Origin: Eledone cirrhosa
Taxonomy: Eukaryota
DNA length: 64,000 bases
Assembly: GCA_964016885.1 (NCBI GenBank)
Contig: OZ024742.1
Coordinates: 141,360,001 to 141,424,000 of the forward strand
Direction of reading: 5' to 3'
A program made the translations under genes and the position numbers. How positions within the stretch are numbered: the stretch's first letter is position 1; every line of letters begins with the position of its first letter. Shown piece by piece: positions 29,053 to 42,323 of the stretch. The notes below the pieces were generated by a model, which saw nothing but the letters and a program-made list of their open reading frames with translations, was not told where the DNA came from and did not search any database.

Positions 29053-29054
<2 letters not shown>
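28795..29054 (+). mobile_element. PLE 3' terminus homologous to 23750-24017, ending at (TA)n
   Basis: Shared GAAACAATTGTTA..TGTACTGTTGACCATGTTATT..AACCTCTAACTGGATTA..TTATCCC. Confidence 0.8.
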
Positions 29055-29128
<74 letters not shown>

Positions 29129-29170
29129 TTAGGAATAACCAAAGAGTGCTTAGAGATACATTGTTTTATT

Positions 29171-29217
29171 AGCTAACAGTGTTTCATCCATACCCTATGG
29201 CAGGAATCAACAGAGCC
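29171..29217 (-). ncRNA. Hammerhead motif with A6U change, probably inactive
   Basis: Minus strand: GGCT-CTGTTGA-TTCCTGCC ATAG GGTATGGAT-GAAAC ACT GTT-AGCT; island between (TA)n runs. Confidence 0.6.
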
Positions 29218-29455
29218 TATAAACAAGAGTATATCAATAGTTACATGCTCCATCAAGCTGCGTCACCAGAACAAGGTTAAAGGACCAGCAGGGGGTCCCA
29301 AGGCCAGCGCTATATACAAATAGACACAATACATGATGCATGAACTTATAACGGCTCTGTAGTATACTAGTTATCCTACATTGAGCTAAAACCACACTGT
29401 CATACCAAGGGCAATATATCTGCGTGTCTGGGCACATTGATATACTTGTCAACGA

Positions 29456-29500
<45 letters not shown>

Positions 29501-29859
29501 TGTATGTATTATTTGTGTGTGTATATATACAGGTGTATTATTTCACATGCTTTCAAATATATAGTCTTGCTGAGAATCGGAACGTGAGCATAAATCCAAA
29601 TTTCTTAGCAACACACAAAGCGTAGAACATTTCAGAGCATCTTTAAATAATTTAGTATCTGAACAATTCTCATCAGTTTCATGACCATCGTCATGGTGAT
29701 AGCACGAGAAAAAAGAGTTCATAGTTATATTGAACATGCTTCTCATCTTATGCTGTTAAGCTAAATTGCAAACTGATGTTAATTTGAATTCGTTAAGAAA
29801 ATGCCAAATATACTAACGCACACACACACACACACACACGCACACACACACACGTACAA

Positions 29860-29995
<136 letters not shown>

Positions 29996-30093
29996 GCGTG
30001 CACATACATATGTGTATAATTTCATCTGGTTGACTGAAAAAAAGCGCTGTCGACCACTTGTAGCTTCTCTAAGTGAAAGTCACGTAGGTTTGT

Positions 30094-30293
30094 NNNNNNN
30101 NNNNNNNNNNNNNNNNNNNNNNNNNNNNNNNNNNNNNNNNNNNNNNNNNNNNNNNNNNNNNNNNNNNNNNNNNNNNNNNNNNNNNNNNNNNNNNNNNNNN
30201 NNNNNNNNNNNNNNNNNNNNNNNNNNNNNNNNNNNNNNNNNNNNNNNNNNNNNNNNNNNNNNNNNNNNNNNNNNNNNNNNNNNNNNNNNNNNN
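30094..30293. other. Assembly gap (200 N)
   Basis: Run of N. Confidence 0.99.
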
Positions 30294-30729
30294 CGTAGGT
30301 TTGTCAGGCCGCCATACTGGAATATAATTCAAGAGAAAAACAAAAGCAGAAGGCGGCATAAATCTTATTTTGATCTTCAAATGTCACAAGCTTTAGGAAT
30401 ATTAAAACGAAATTTTTGTACGCTTAAAACAAAGTGAATTTCTATGGAAGAAATATAACCCCCTTCCAAAATTCTGACACAAATTTTAACACTAAACGTA
30501 TAATCCTGGATTGAATATTGCCGTAATAGGTAGAGTGTAACAGGGATTCTCACGGGCCCTTCAGTGTCGAAGGTCCGTAGAACAACTCTCGGTTCATAAA
30601 GTAGGGCGATACCGGCAAGATGAAGATGGTACAAAGATTAGTTACCAGATGGATGCAAGTAATGTTATGAGTTAGGATGAGATTTCTCCTATGCTCAGAT
30701 TATTTATTATTTACCAATGATATACAGCA

Positions 30730-31460
30730 CTAGCAGAATGGCCCGGTGTTGCTCGGGATTTGCTCTAGGGTTCTTATATATTTGATATATATAATTCGTC
30801 GTACATTACCAGGGGTTTTTTCCGTGCGAAGAAAATAAATACTTTATCGCGAAATAAATACTTTTGTTTATATTTTAAAATTGTGTATGCAAAAATATAT
30901 ATTTATCCTTATCGAGCCTCGTGAAATAAATACGTTTGTTTATATTTTGTTATTGTGTATGCAAAAATATCTCTACACGAATATATAATTATATATATAT
31001 ATATATATATTAAAATAACAGATTAAAGTTTAAGCAAAGAATCGCTGCTTTCACCCTTAACGGGATCTTCTGAAACTAAAATAAAAAATCAATCTGTGAA
31101 CGCAGAAGTAAATATTTAGAAAAACGTTACACACTATATATATACACACACACTATACACACACACACACAAACAGCTACGTCATAATGACGTAATGCAG
31201 ACAGTAAGGCATACAGACAGATATTATAAGGGGGCAACGTTATATCTATGTATCTATCTAAAGAGAGAAAGACTAAGAGTTATAGAGAGAGATCGCTAAA
31301 TCGCCTAATGCGGTCCCTAGGGCATTGAAAATTAACATTTTTTTTTCTCACAACACTCACAGGACCATAAGTATTACATGTGTAAAGTTTGAAAAAACTC
31401 GGTTGGGTGGTTCTCGAGTTTTAGTGATTGGACAGACATTCTCTGTTTTAGCTATATAGA
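30730..31460 (-). mobile_element. Non-autonomous Helitron
   Basis: Minus strand: A|TCTATATAG... 5' end; 3' CCCG-AGCAACAC-CGGG hairpin followed by ...CTAG|T. Confidence 0.75.
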
Positions 31461-31917
31461 TTTGTTGGTCTACAGTTAGATGAATGGTGCACAAAGGGTT
31501 AATGTTTATTGGCAAGAAGTTTTTTGATTAATAAAAGACGGGTTAAAGCGACCTATAATGTATTATTCTGCGTTGATGTTAGCGGTTTTCGTTATTGTCA
31601 ATGGAGTTTTTGGACGGCAAATTCGAGACCCTTCAATTTCTCCCTCAATAAACTGACTACTGCGGATGGTAATGGGAGTCCTATGTAACAGCAGTAACAT
31701 TGACATCGCTTACAACGTGTCAATCTGCGGAGGATATAGCCGTGGCCGTTTGATGTAGTGGAAAACTGTGGAATGTTTCATCCGAGCTCTTTCTGGTCAT
31801 TCCTTCTGCATGTGGTTGTTTCCGAATTCCTGACTTATACTGATTGAAGGAAGGATGGTAAATGAAGGTGTAAATTCGAAATTGTATAGGGGCAGTAGTA
31901 TAAAACCTTACCTTGAG

Positions 31918-34900
31918 TTAGTCCGTTTGAGCATACATGGAATCTTGGCGTAAAACCTCTTGGTAGACAATGTTCTTTGTTTTCCCTCGTGGAGTGTACG
32001 CGAAAAGACTTCCTTTGCTCCCCACTCTGGAGCAGCCTACATATAGTTGAGCGTGTGAGAAGCCTGATTCTACCAAGTGAAGTCCTGCCACCGAAAGTGT
32101 CTGCCCCTGGGACTTGTTGATAGACATGGCAAAACTTATGCGAAGCGGAAATTGAAGGCGTCTGAAGGTAAACGGAATTTCTTCACCGGATGGAATGAGT
32201 GGTATTCTGGGAACGAACACATCCTCTCCTTTTCCACACCCTGAAATAATGGTGGCTTCAATGACGTGCTGCATTACCTTCTTTATAACCAGACGTGTGT
32301 CGTTGCAAAGTTTTGGAGGGTCCAAATTCCTAAGAAGCATTATTGGAGTTCCAAATTTTAGTCCCAGTCTATGAGGAGGCGTCCAAGAGATTCTAGCGAA
32401 TTGAAGAATTCAACAGGGTAGTTTAGCACTTGGTCTTAGTCGGGGACTGTATCGACGGACTTGTAAATATACAGGCTTCCGGGAAGAGATTGCAACAGTT
32501 GCTCGTTGATAGCGTTCTCTGTGCTGTTTTTTGGAGCTAAAATAGCTCTTTCGCATAACCAATTCACATCTTGGTAGTTATCAGGAAGAGTGGTAAACAC
32601 TTGAGCCTTGAGGTCCTCGACTGTGTTGACAGTGGTACAAATAGGACTGAGTGACAATTCGCCATCTCCATCGAGGGTGATCTTGTCATCGCCAAGTGAC
32701 AAAATATCCGAAGCAAACTCTGCTGCCAGTTGGTCGCCCTGCAGTTGGGCTCTCATGTTAGTTGTCAGGGTCAACGTTGTTACCTTTTGCCACAACGGAG
32801 AGGACCTAAGGCACGCCTGGACTTCATCTACCCTGATTCCCTTGGGAATAACGGGAAGGGTCTGTCGGTAGTCACCGGTTAAGAGAAGGGTGACACCTCC
32901 CATCGCAGTCTGGCAGTCTCTGATGTCTTGCAAAGTAGAGTCTAGTGTTTCCAGAGCTCTTTTATGGGCCATGGTACATTCATCCCACACTATGAGCTGA
33001 CACCTTCGAAAGAACCAGTCCCTTGTCCGAAGTTTTGCTAATGTTGCAGGACGGTGTTTCGGATGTCGCCAAGTTCAGGGGGAGCTTAAAGGCTGAGTTC
33101 GCTGTCCTACCGCCGGGTAACAAAGTTGCTGCCTCACTTTGGCTAGAAGAAGCTTAGTTAGAAACGTTTTTCTTGTCCCTCCAGGTGCATCTAGGAAGAA
33201 GAGTCCCCCTTTCCGGTTTTGCACATGGTCAAAAATAGTGTTGTAGGCCTGCTGCTGTCCCGGAAGGAGTTTTGGCTCTGTTCCACGGACGTATTGGGCA
33301 AGAGCATCAATATCATAGCCTGTTTCGCGAATGAGCTCTGTCGGAAGGTTATCCATCCCTGTCCGTACTGGTTGCGGCAGCCCGTATGTTGGCAAAGTAT
33401 TCCCACCCAGTGAAACAGTCCTGTTTTCCACGTCAATCAAAGCAAAGTTGTAGACGTCGTCACTGGCAGCATCAAGGCTAGGATACCACAATTGTGCTTG
33501 GTGGTAAAAGTCTTCCGACAGGGCATCTCTATACTTCAACCACAGGGATCTGAGACTTCGCAAATGTGCAGAAGCACTGCAAAGAGAGCGCTGAGACTTT
33601 TGGGCGACTGTGAAACGGCAGCCTCCGCGGGCGTAGCATCCCACTGTGTGCAGTCTTCTAACAGTCCATGTCTTAAGCAGGCCTCTCTGAAAGTGGCGCA
33701 AAGCCGACCGTTGACTGTTTTCAAATGTTGGTAAGACGTTGGTCCCCTAACCTCATGAAGTAGCAGACGAACTGTGTAAACTCTCCCGAGGCAACTGTCA
33801 AATTTAATGGCAGGTTATCCATCAACGTTTTGACCCTTCTTCCTACGTTGCCATTTCATTTTTTCCCAGATGTAATAGGACGGCACCTGTGAATACGGCA
33901 AGGTTTGGGCGAATGGATCGACTTAACAAAGGTTAAAGAAGGCAGTGAGGGTAGTGTCCTTCGGTTCCTCGACCAATCGAGCAGCAGTGGAAGCAGTGAA
34001 GTATACGCGTTGACCGTTTTCAAGGTGAACAGCAAGTTGTTGGATGGGTGGGTGCCGTTAATGCAAGGGGAAACCGAAAATGCGCAAGAAGGTCTCCTTA
34101 CTGCTTATGTACCTATCCACTTGGTACTGTGTAACTTCGTCCCGATTGCTGTCTTGCTGCAGGCCAAACAGTGCAGCGTCTGAGCCTTTATTGATGTACT
34201 TGCAGACATATTTGATGGACTTTACGGAGTTGAAAAACTCTACGTTGACGTGAGCGTTGAACGCCTTGGACAGAATAGGGCAGTACGGCACTATCCACCT
34301 GTTGTCTACTTCGTATGGCCCAATGTGCACTGTAAACCCGCCGTCTTCCGGCTTTCTTCGTCTGTACAGTGGGTATCTGTCTTTGCCGGTCTGGGTCTCT
34401 CGAAGAAATTGCTTCGGAAATGTTTTGCTGCAAACCGAATCTCTCAAGCATGGTGAGTGTAGGTTAAATCCACGCCCGCATGGACCATGAACCATGTTTG
34501 CCCGCACTATGTCAAAGCGGTCTTTGTCAACAGAGAGGTTGGGGAGTTCTGCAGAGATAAGCCTGTCAATATTGATGGAGTTAATCTTTGTTGACATCCA
34601 AATAAGAATATGGGCATGTGGCAGACCCCCTTTTGCCACTCAATTTTGTACATGTCGCATTTTACAGGCCCAAATACCTGCCCTTTCTTTATAAGGTCCA
34701 TGAGTTTCGGTAACTTCAGTCGGAAGACTCTGGCTAGAAGGTCATGCCTGTCTTTGGCCTTCTGGTCTTGGAAGAGTTCAGCCTCGATCTCCTTCCACTT
34801 GGGGTTGCAGGTAAAGGTAATGAATAAGTCGGGCCGACCGTAGTGACGCACATATGTCATGGCGTCTTGCGTCCTCTCATGCATATACCGCGGACCCCCG

Positions 34901-36526
34901 GTGAAGGTGGAAGGCAAAATGCACACCTGCCCTAAGTCTCCCGGAGCAACGTCATTGTTGATACCATCTCGAAGGTGAATGTAACTCTCTGAACGCAGCT
35001 TTTGTTGGTTGTACCTGATGTAGCGCAGCCTCTCAGACTCCATCTTGGCGCACATGTCGACTGCAATTTGATGGAATAGCTTGCGTGAACTGTGGAGATG
35101 TTTCAGGCAGTTGCTTCGGGTCATGAAGCAGTATGCGTAGAACTCCATGCAGGAAACTTGTTTGCTGCTGCACGCATCTGGTCTGTGGGGATTACGCTGG
35201 TGAATGCCCAAATGGTAACCGTCTTCTCTATTCACGAAGAGCAAGGGGTATTGTAGCGCGTCGTTAGATCTGTGGGTTTCGTTGATTCACTTAAGAGTGT
35301 TGTCGTGACACGTGAGAACGATGTCCCTTGGATTTTGCTGCTCACCTTCAAGCACAATGGCGATGGCGATTTCGTTGCATGTAGGCGGATTATAGCGGCA
35401 AGCATGCTCTCCATTTGTCAGCATTAATGACAACATTAAAATTGGGGATTGATGCTGTTTCTAACGCATACTTAAAACTCTGCACATAACTGTTTTTTGC
35501 ATGTAACGTCTCTTAGAGCTGCAATGTCAGCTCGAAATTACTGCCGGGTGATATAGTGTTTCGTCTTCTCGCTTGCTCTTGCTAGCTGCCAACGAAGTAC
35601 AGTTGAAGAAACTGATGCTCTTGGTTCGCAACGGGCTGAAGGGGTCCTATCCTATGGTAAACCTGCCCCTGGACTTTAAACGTAGGCGTAAATCCACCTT
35701 CCCTAACGATATTCGCTCGGAAAGAAGTCATTTGGAAGGCACAGTTGTACTTTCTGGTATTAATTAGGAAATGCTTTGATTCTGTAAGAAGCAGCAGCAA
35801 TGGCTGGGGCGGATCCTTTAGAGCGGGTAATTTGACCTTTCCACTTGCGCAACACATGCCGGCTGCTTCTCCTGGCCACTTATTCGCAGAGCAACATTTG
35901 CAAGTATCTCGCATACTGGAAATTGACATGTCTGGATGGTTAGCATAATGGCTGTCGGGCCTATATTCAAATGCTTCTAGTAGCCATCTTGAACTACATG
36001 GCCTTGAAACACCCTGCCAAGTATTTCTACGCTGGGCGATACTCTCCAGGCGATCCCATCGGGCGTCGGAGGTCTCAGCAGCTCGGGCGGCAGTAGTTGA
36101 TGCAGCATCTCCTGCCTGACGCAAGGCACGCTGTTCTGCACTCTCAGCAGCTCGGGTGGCAGCAGTTGATGCAGCCTTTTTTGTTAGACGTCGGGAACGC
36201 TGTTCTGCACTCTCAGCAGCTCGAGTGGCAGCAGTTGATGCAGCATTTTTTCTTATATGCAGATAACGCTGTTCTGCAGTCTCAGCAGCTCGGACACACT
36301 GGTCGTCATTCTCAGCAGATCGGACGTTGGTTTCTGATAAATCATTTGTTGCCGGTCTAAGGTCACGCTGTCCGTCACTCTCAGCAGTTCGGGTAGTGGG
36401 TGTTGATGCATCGTTTTGCAATGGGCTAATAGCAACTTCCGGGGACTGTTCATTTGCTCTCCTCCTTTGCAGTCTTTTTGAAAAGAGCATTTTTCTTCCG
36501 AAGTAAACTCTCTTCTTTGGGGGCAT
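31918..36526 (-). pseudogene. Helitron Rep/Helicase transposase with multiple frameshifts
   Basis: CKCC..CCASGKV; YGRPDLFITFTCNPKW; GLPHAHILIW (HUH); KYVCKYINKG; PIF1 motifs DAPGGTRKT, WDECTM, GDYRQTLPV, LTTNMR, AILAPKN, LQFPL..AMSINKSQGQT, QLYVGCSRV. Confidence 0.95.
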
Positions 36527-37287
36527 AGCCTAGGATATATTAAACAACAACGTATAACTTGTGGATGCAGAAAACCAGGTCCAAGGGGGGCTATTAAGTT
36601 TAAGTATCTGTTCATGCTTAGGTTAGTTGATGTAGAAGAGGTTAATAGTTTTCAGTCTAAAACTCACTTGGCTAATAGGTTAGTTGTGACCGATTGTCGA
36701 ACCACCGTAAGTGTATGCATCAGTCCTTAACCCCATGCCTTTCTACCGTGCCTCAACAACTACAATTATCGACTTAACTTAAGACAGTTTGCCTTAACAC
36801 TAGCCCGCCCCTCTGCACTGTATTGTCTGTACCAAGATAGATAGAAATTACCGCTTAACGCCAGCGTATGTGATTTTTAACATAGATATGGGGATGTTTT
36901 GGTGGGGGCTTTCTAAAAAGATCCATTATTTCTATCTATGTACGTAATGGGGCATATGGCTTGGTACTAACACCAATAATAATGTGTGCAACGGGGGTAA
37001 GTGATTATGTCTCAGGAAGTATTGCAAAACAAATATTAAAGCAACTGGGATAAGTGGGAATGTCTCAGGATTGTTAGCCAAACAATTAGTAAATGACACT
37101 TACTGATTGAAAAATAAGCCGACCGTCGGAAAAGTATTCTCAAGTGCAATTGTTAACCTGGACTGGCCTGGCTCGCTTATATTATATATTTAAAAAACAG
37201 ATTAAAGGTTAAGCAAATAATCGCTGCTTTCACCATTAACGGGATCTTCTGAAACTCTAAAAATCAATCTGTGAACGCAGAAGTAAA

Positions 37288-37771
37288 TCTAAACTATAAT
37301 AAAGTAAGAAGCGCGGGACTGCGTACTACGATTTATAATTTTTTATCCCATTAGTAAAATAAGTCGGATTACTTTGAATAAATAATGAATGAATATTACA
37401 TAATTTATCTACTAAATTTCGTGGCTGTTCATTAAATATATTTTATTATTTATTTAAAGATTCACTTCTTTAAAATTTTGAAATGTCAACACTTCTGGTG
37501 GCGATCGCTTAAATAAACATATTAATTTTCTGTCACTAATTTTCTCCTAATGCAGTTTATATATAATATCGTCTTTTTTTAATGTGTCATGGATTACGTT
37601 ACTGATTACATAAGACAGTGTAACAACGTCTTCGTTCAATTTCTGTGTATATTGTCAATTACGATTTTATTTGATGTATCATATCTACATGTATATATAC
37701 TTGCGTATAATATCAATATACACACTACACATGCTAGCAGAAAACAATCCGAAAGGTGGTTTTTCTGCTAG
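37288..37771 (+). mobile_element. 484-bp non-autonomous Helitron nested in the opposite orientation
   Basis: A|TC...CTAG|T, no TSD; empty site GAAGTAAA|TATTT preserved in the paralog at ~31105-31117. Confidence 0.82.
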
Positions 37772-38278
37772 TATTTCTAAAAACGTTGCAACCAAAGGAA
37801 AACAGGCAAACGATACTTTGGTTCGTGAATACGTTGCCTGGCAATGAACAGAAAATAACGAACATAATACGTCATCAAAGTTTGTCATTATGCCGTAATG
37901 CAGATAGCCAGCTGCATACAGACAAATATTATAAGAACGCGATGGAGATCGATAACCGGCGCCTAACACCCCTTTAACAACAGACAATTGAAAAATAAAA
38001 GCTGCAGTTAATATCTTTAGACCGCAAGGAATATATAAATGCAAGTTTGAAGTCAATCGGAGTAGAAATGTGGATTTGTATAGACTTTGCAAAAATGAGG
38101 ACACACACATACACACACACACAGACCCCCCCCACCCACACACACAGACACACATACAACAACAGTTTTATATATATAGATAGCTTCTATGATGGAAGCC
38201 GGTAGAAGTACAAATCTCAAGATAAAACGTGTGTAATGAAATATTCTAGATACGTACAATGCAATATTTTACAATAGT

Positions 38279-38514
38279 AGGGTTAGGGTAATGGTTAAGG
38301 TAAGTGGTACAGTTAGGGTTAAGGTTAGAATTAATCTTCAGTTTAAAGTTAGGATTGTGGGTGACGTGGACGTACAAGTTGGGTTTGGGCTAAGGATAGG
38401 GCTAGGCTGGTTTACGTTAGGTGAGGGTTATGATTAGGGTTAGAGTGAGGGTTAGATTTAATGATAGGGTTAGGGTTATCGTTAGGGTTAGAGCTAGGGT
38501 TAAGGTTAGAGTTA
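38279..38514 (+). repeat. Degenerate (TTAGGG)n-like tract
   Basis: Many GGGTTA/GGTTAG hexamers with substitutions. Confidence 0.7.
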
Positions 38515-39990
38515 GTGTGTCTCCAATGTAATTCACATTTTTATGAATATTTGGCTGTTAAGTATATTTATATTCTGCAACTTTGCGGTTATTAGACATA
38601 ACTGGGGACACTTGCTTTGAATTAATTTACAAATTTCGTTAATTTACTGTCAACAACAAAACATAATGAATGCCTCACAGAACATTTTGTTTTAAAAAAA
38701 CGCTTCGCGAATGTAAAAGTTTGGAAAGTTTTATTTTAGTGTACAGAGGATACATCCACAACGAAATTTATCTATCTATGATACATATATCACGAAGGTT
38801 TTTAAAGTGAGTTCAACTATTAAATATTCAAAAGGAATGCCCATAGTTCTCAGCATAAATCTAAAAACATAATCCGCTCTAGAAGATGTAGCGTACATGT
38901 AGTGACTGTAAACGGCCCCTTAGAAGGATAAGAGCCCAGTTAGAAAAATCACTTCCACTCAGTCGTTGTACAGCCCATACAGTCATAGTTGTCCTTTATA
39001 CAACCAGAGCGGTAGTAGGAGTATAAATATTGAATGAGCACGAGAGGACTGGATCAGGGGTAGAGGAGGAGAGAGGAAAAAGGAAAAAAGCGAAGGAAAA
39101 GGATAGAGAAAGGAAAGGAAAGAAACAGAGAAGGGAAACGGGAAGAAGAGCAGGGAAAATTGGATTAATTGAGGAGGGATTATGCCGTGGTATAACCTTT
39201 GCCTTGAATTTTAGTAATAACTTTTCAACCACAATGCTATTATTCTGTTGCTAATGCTCATAACACTATATTAACACGCTATATGTTTTATTGACTCACC
39301 TTTTTCTTCTTCCTTTGGTTATTTATTGGATTGATTCAATCGTTTGTTTGAGTTGCTATTCAGTTTTAATCCAGAAACACCATCCATCAACACACAAGAC
39401 GTTCCTGAGCAAATGTTTGCATACGCTGACACAGACAACCTAGTTGTCTTTTCATCTCTAAACATATGCCTGACATTATATGTAATCTGACTCCACCTTC
39501 AGCGCCAGCGCCAGCTCCAGCTTCAGCACCGGCTCAAGTACCACCAACACCGCCATCGCTGTCGCAGCCACCCCCACCACCAGTATCTCTCATTCTCTCT
39601 TTTCTCTTCTCTTTCTCCTTCCCTCCTTTTCTCTTTTCTGTCCAATTTTTGCTTTTATTCTCACTCTCTCGCCAACCACCAGTTCAAGTATCGATATATA
39701 TATACATCAACCTATCAATCCATCGGTGCACCCATCCATCCACCTATCCACCCGTCCAACCATCCATCCATTCATCCTGTCATCCACCCATCCACCCATC
39801 CATCCATCAATCAATCCATCCATTCACCTATCCATTTAATTATCTATTCTTCCATCTATCCATGCATTCATTAATCTACTCATTTATTCATCCATCAATC
39901 CATACAGACAGGTGCACACACATATTTGCATACACATATGCGCACACATACATACACATAGACACATACACTCATGTATCCACATTTACA

Positions 39991-40023
<33 letters not shown>

Positions 40024-40184
40024 GACTACCATAATCCTAATCACAACCAGAAACAGAATAAGGAAATGAAATAAAACCGTACATAAGATCATAGGACAAT
40101 AGGCCTAATACTGCTCTAAATCATATTAGAGAACTCAGACCAACTCATTATAGTAAAGCCATATTATTAATCTTACAGTTTCCA

Positions 40185-40326
40185 GCATAGTTACGTCCCT
40201 TTACGGTCTGAGTTCAAATCCCGCCGAGGTTAACTTTGCTTTTCATCCTTACGGGGTCGATAAAATAAAGTACCAGTAATGTACTGGGTGATTGCTGGCC
40301 TTGTGCCAAAAGTAGAAACAATTATT
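40185..40326 (+). mobile_element. 5'-truncated SINE
   Basis: B box, core and tail. Confidence 0.85.
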
Positions 40327-41074
40327 AATCTTACAGTTTGATAAAAAGAAAAAGCTCATCTCACAACCTCTTGTAAATTATTCTAGCCCCAAACATTTAA
40401 AATTCCTCAATCTTAGTAAAGGTTACCGTCATATCTGACATTAAACATAATTATGCGATCTTATACTAATATAATTAGTATCTAATGTGATATTGTCATG
40501 GACTCAGACTTGACTAAAGGGGGAAGAAGATCGTTTCTCAATTACAAACTTCTGGGTTCGATTCTAATGGGTGGCATCGTGAGCAAATGTCTTTAACATA
40601 ATCCCAGGTTGATCCAAGTCTTGTGGATGAAACCAGCTTGACGAAAACTTGTTTCAGCCATGTCATATATAATGTTACGTTGATTCCGTTTAGGAATTAC
40701 GTTAAGGATACACATGTCTGGAGAATACTCCGCCAGTTACACGGTGATTCACAAGATGGATATTCAGTTGACCGAATAACCATGGCCGAAACCGATGGAG
40801 ACCCACTAATTAACATTTAAGTTGACAATGCTGAAATATCTGTTGCAACTCGTTCTGCCCTTATCATGGTCATTAGTTAACCATTCTTCAGACTTCTCTA
40901 GAATTAGTCAGTATGTTTGAAAAATATGTACATGCATAGAATTTTTAGAAATTACGCAAACCAATGTTTATTAAAGGAAAATTTCGTCGTATATATAATG
41001 AGTAAATGACAAAGGCATTTTATCGTTCAGGTTGTACTTGGTTACATGTTACTAATAGCGCTGAAGAGAGACCT

Positions 41075-41221
<147 letters not shown>

Positions 41222-41513
41222 GTATGCATGTATATATATACGAATAAGATTTATATATGTATGCATATATATATATATGAATAAGATTTCCACACAAATG
41301 CATGGTACCTAAGGTTTCAAACATCAGCCAGCATCGGACATATTCTATGTCTGCTAGTTTAGTTATCATCGGATAACGCTTCTTTTCCTTAATCTATTTC
41401 TTCAGAAATTCTTGGCACTATATATAATACACATGAATCACTGTAACCATACACACAGTAGGTGATTGGTAGATTCATCACTGTTACATTCAGTACACAC
41501 ACACACACACACA

Positions 41514-41605
<92 letters not shown>

Positions 41606-42119
41606 CACACACACACACACAAACACGCGCGCGCGCGCACATACCATTACAACAACAACAAAAAAACACGAAAAAAATAATATATTTGAAATGTACCTGC
41701 AGAATAGAAATCGACCCGAGAAACCATTATGTGCATATTCTATTACAAACACCCAGAAACACACATACGCGCGCAAACACACATACACAACACTCACACA
41801 AACACATGATCAGATCACACACATATACACATATGCACTTGTATACGCATATACCGTAGGTATATGCGTATAAAAATTATCTTGTGTAATGTCGATACTT
41901 TTTACAGTATTTTAAAGTTTAATTAATCTTTAGAAATAAGAAACCAAATAAATACTTCAACATACTAACACAAAACACACACACGCATATATACATATAA
42001 ATACATATACATATATATATATATATACAGAAACTTATTCTCTCATGAATACACACTCACTCACACACACATATGTGTGTATATATATATATATTCATAC
42101 ACACATACACACACACGCG

Positions 42120-42274
<155 letters not shown>

Positions 42275-42284
42275 AACATATCTA

Positions 42285-42323
<39 letters not shown>

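Larger units (their letters stand above)
31461..38180 (-). mobile_element. Autonomous-type Helitron body, 5' end at 38180
   Basis: Minus strand A|TCTATATATATAAAA at 38180; 37185-38180 shares blocks with the 30730-31460 element; own 3' end not seen. Confidence 0.65.

Noticed and set aside
29621-29680. Minus-strand CTGATGA...GAAA
   Set aside because: No stem I and poor stem II closure
39466-40074. 202-aa Pro-rich ORF
   Set aside because: Built from (CCA)n, (TC)n, (CCAT)n and (CA)n low-complexity sequence; no domain or splice support
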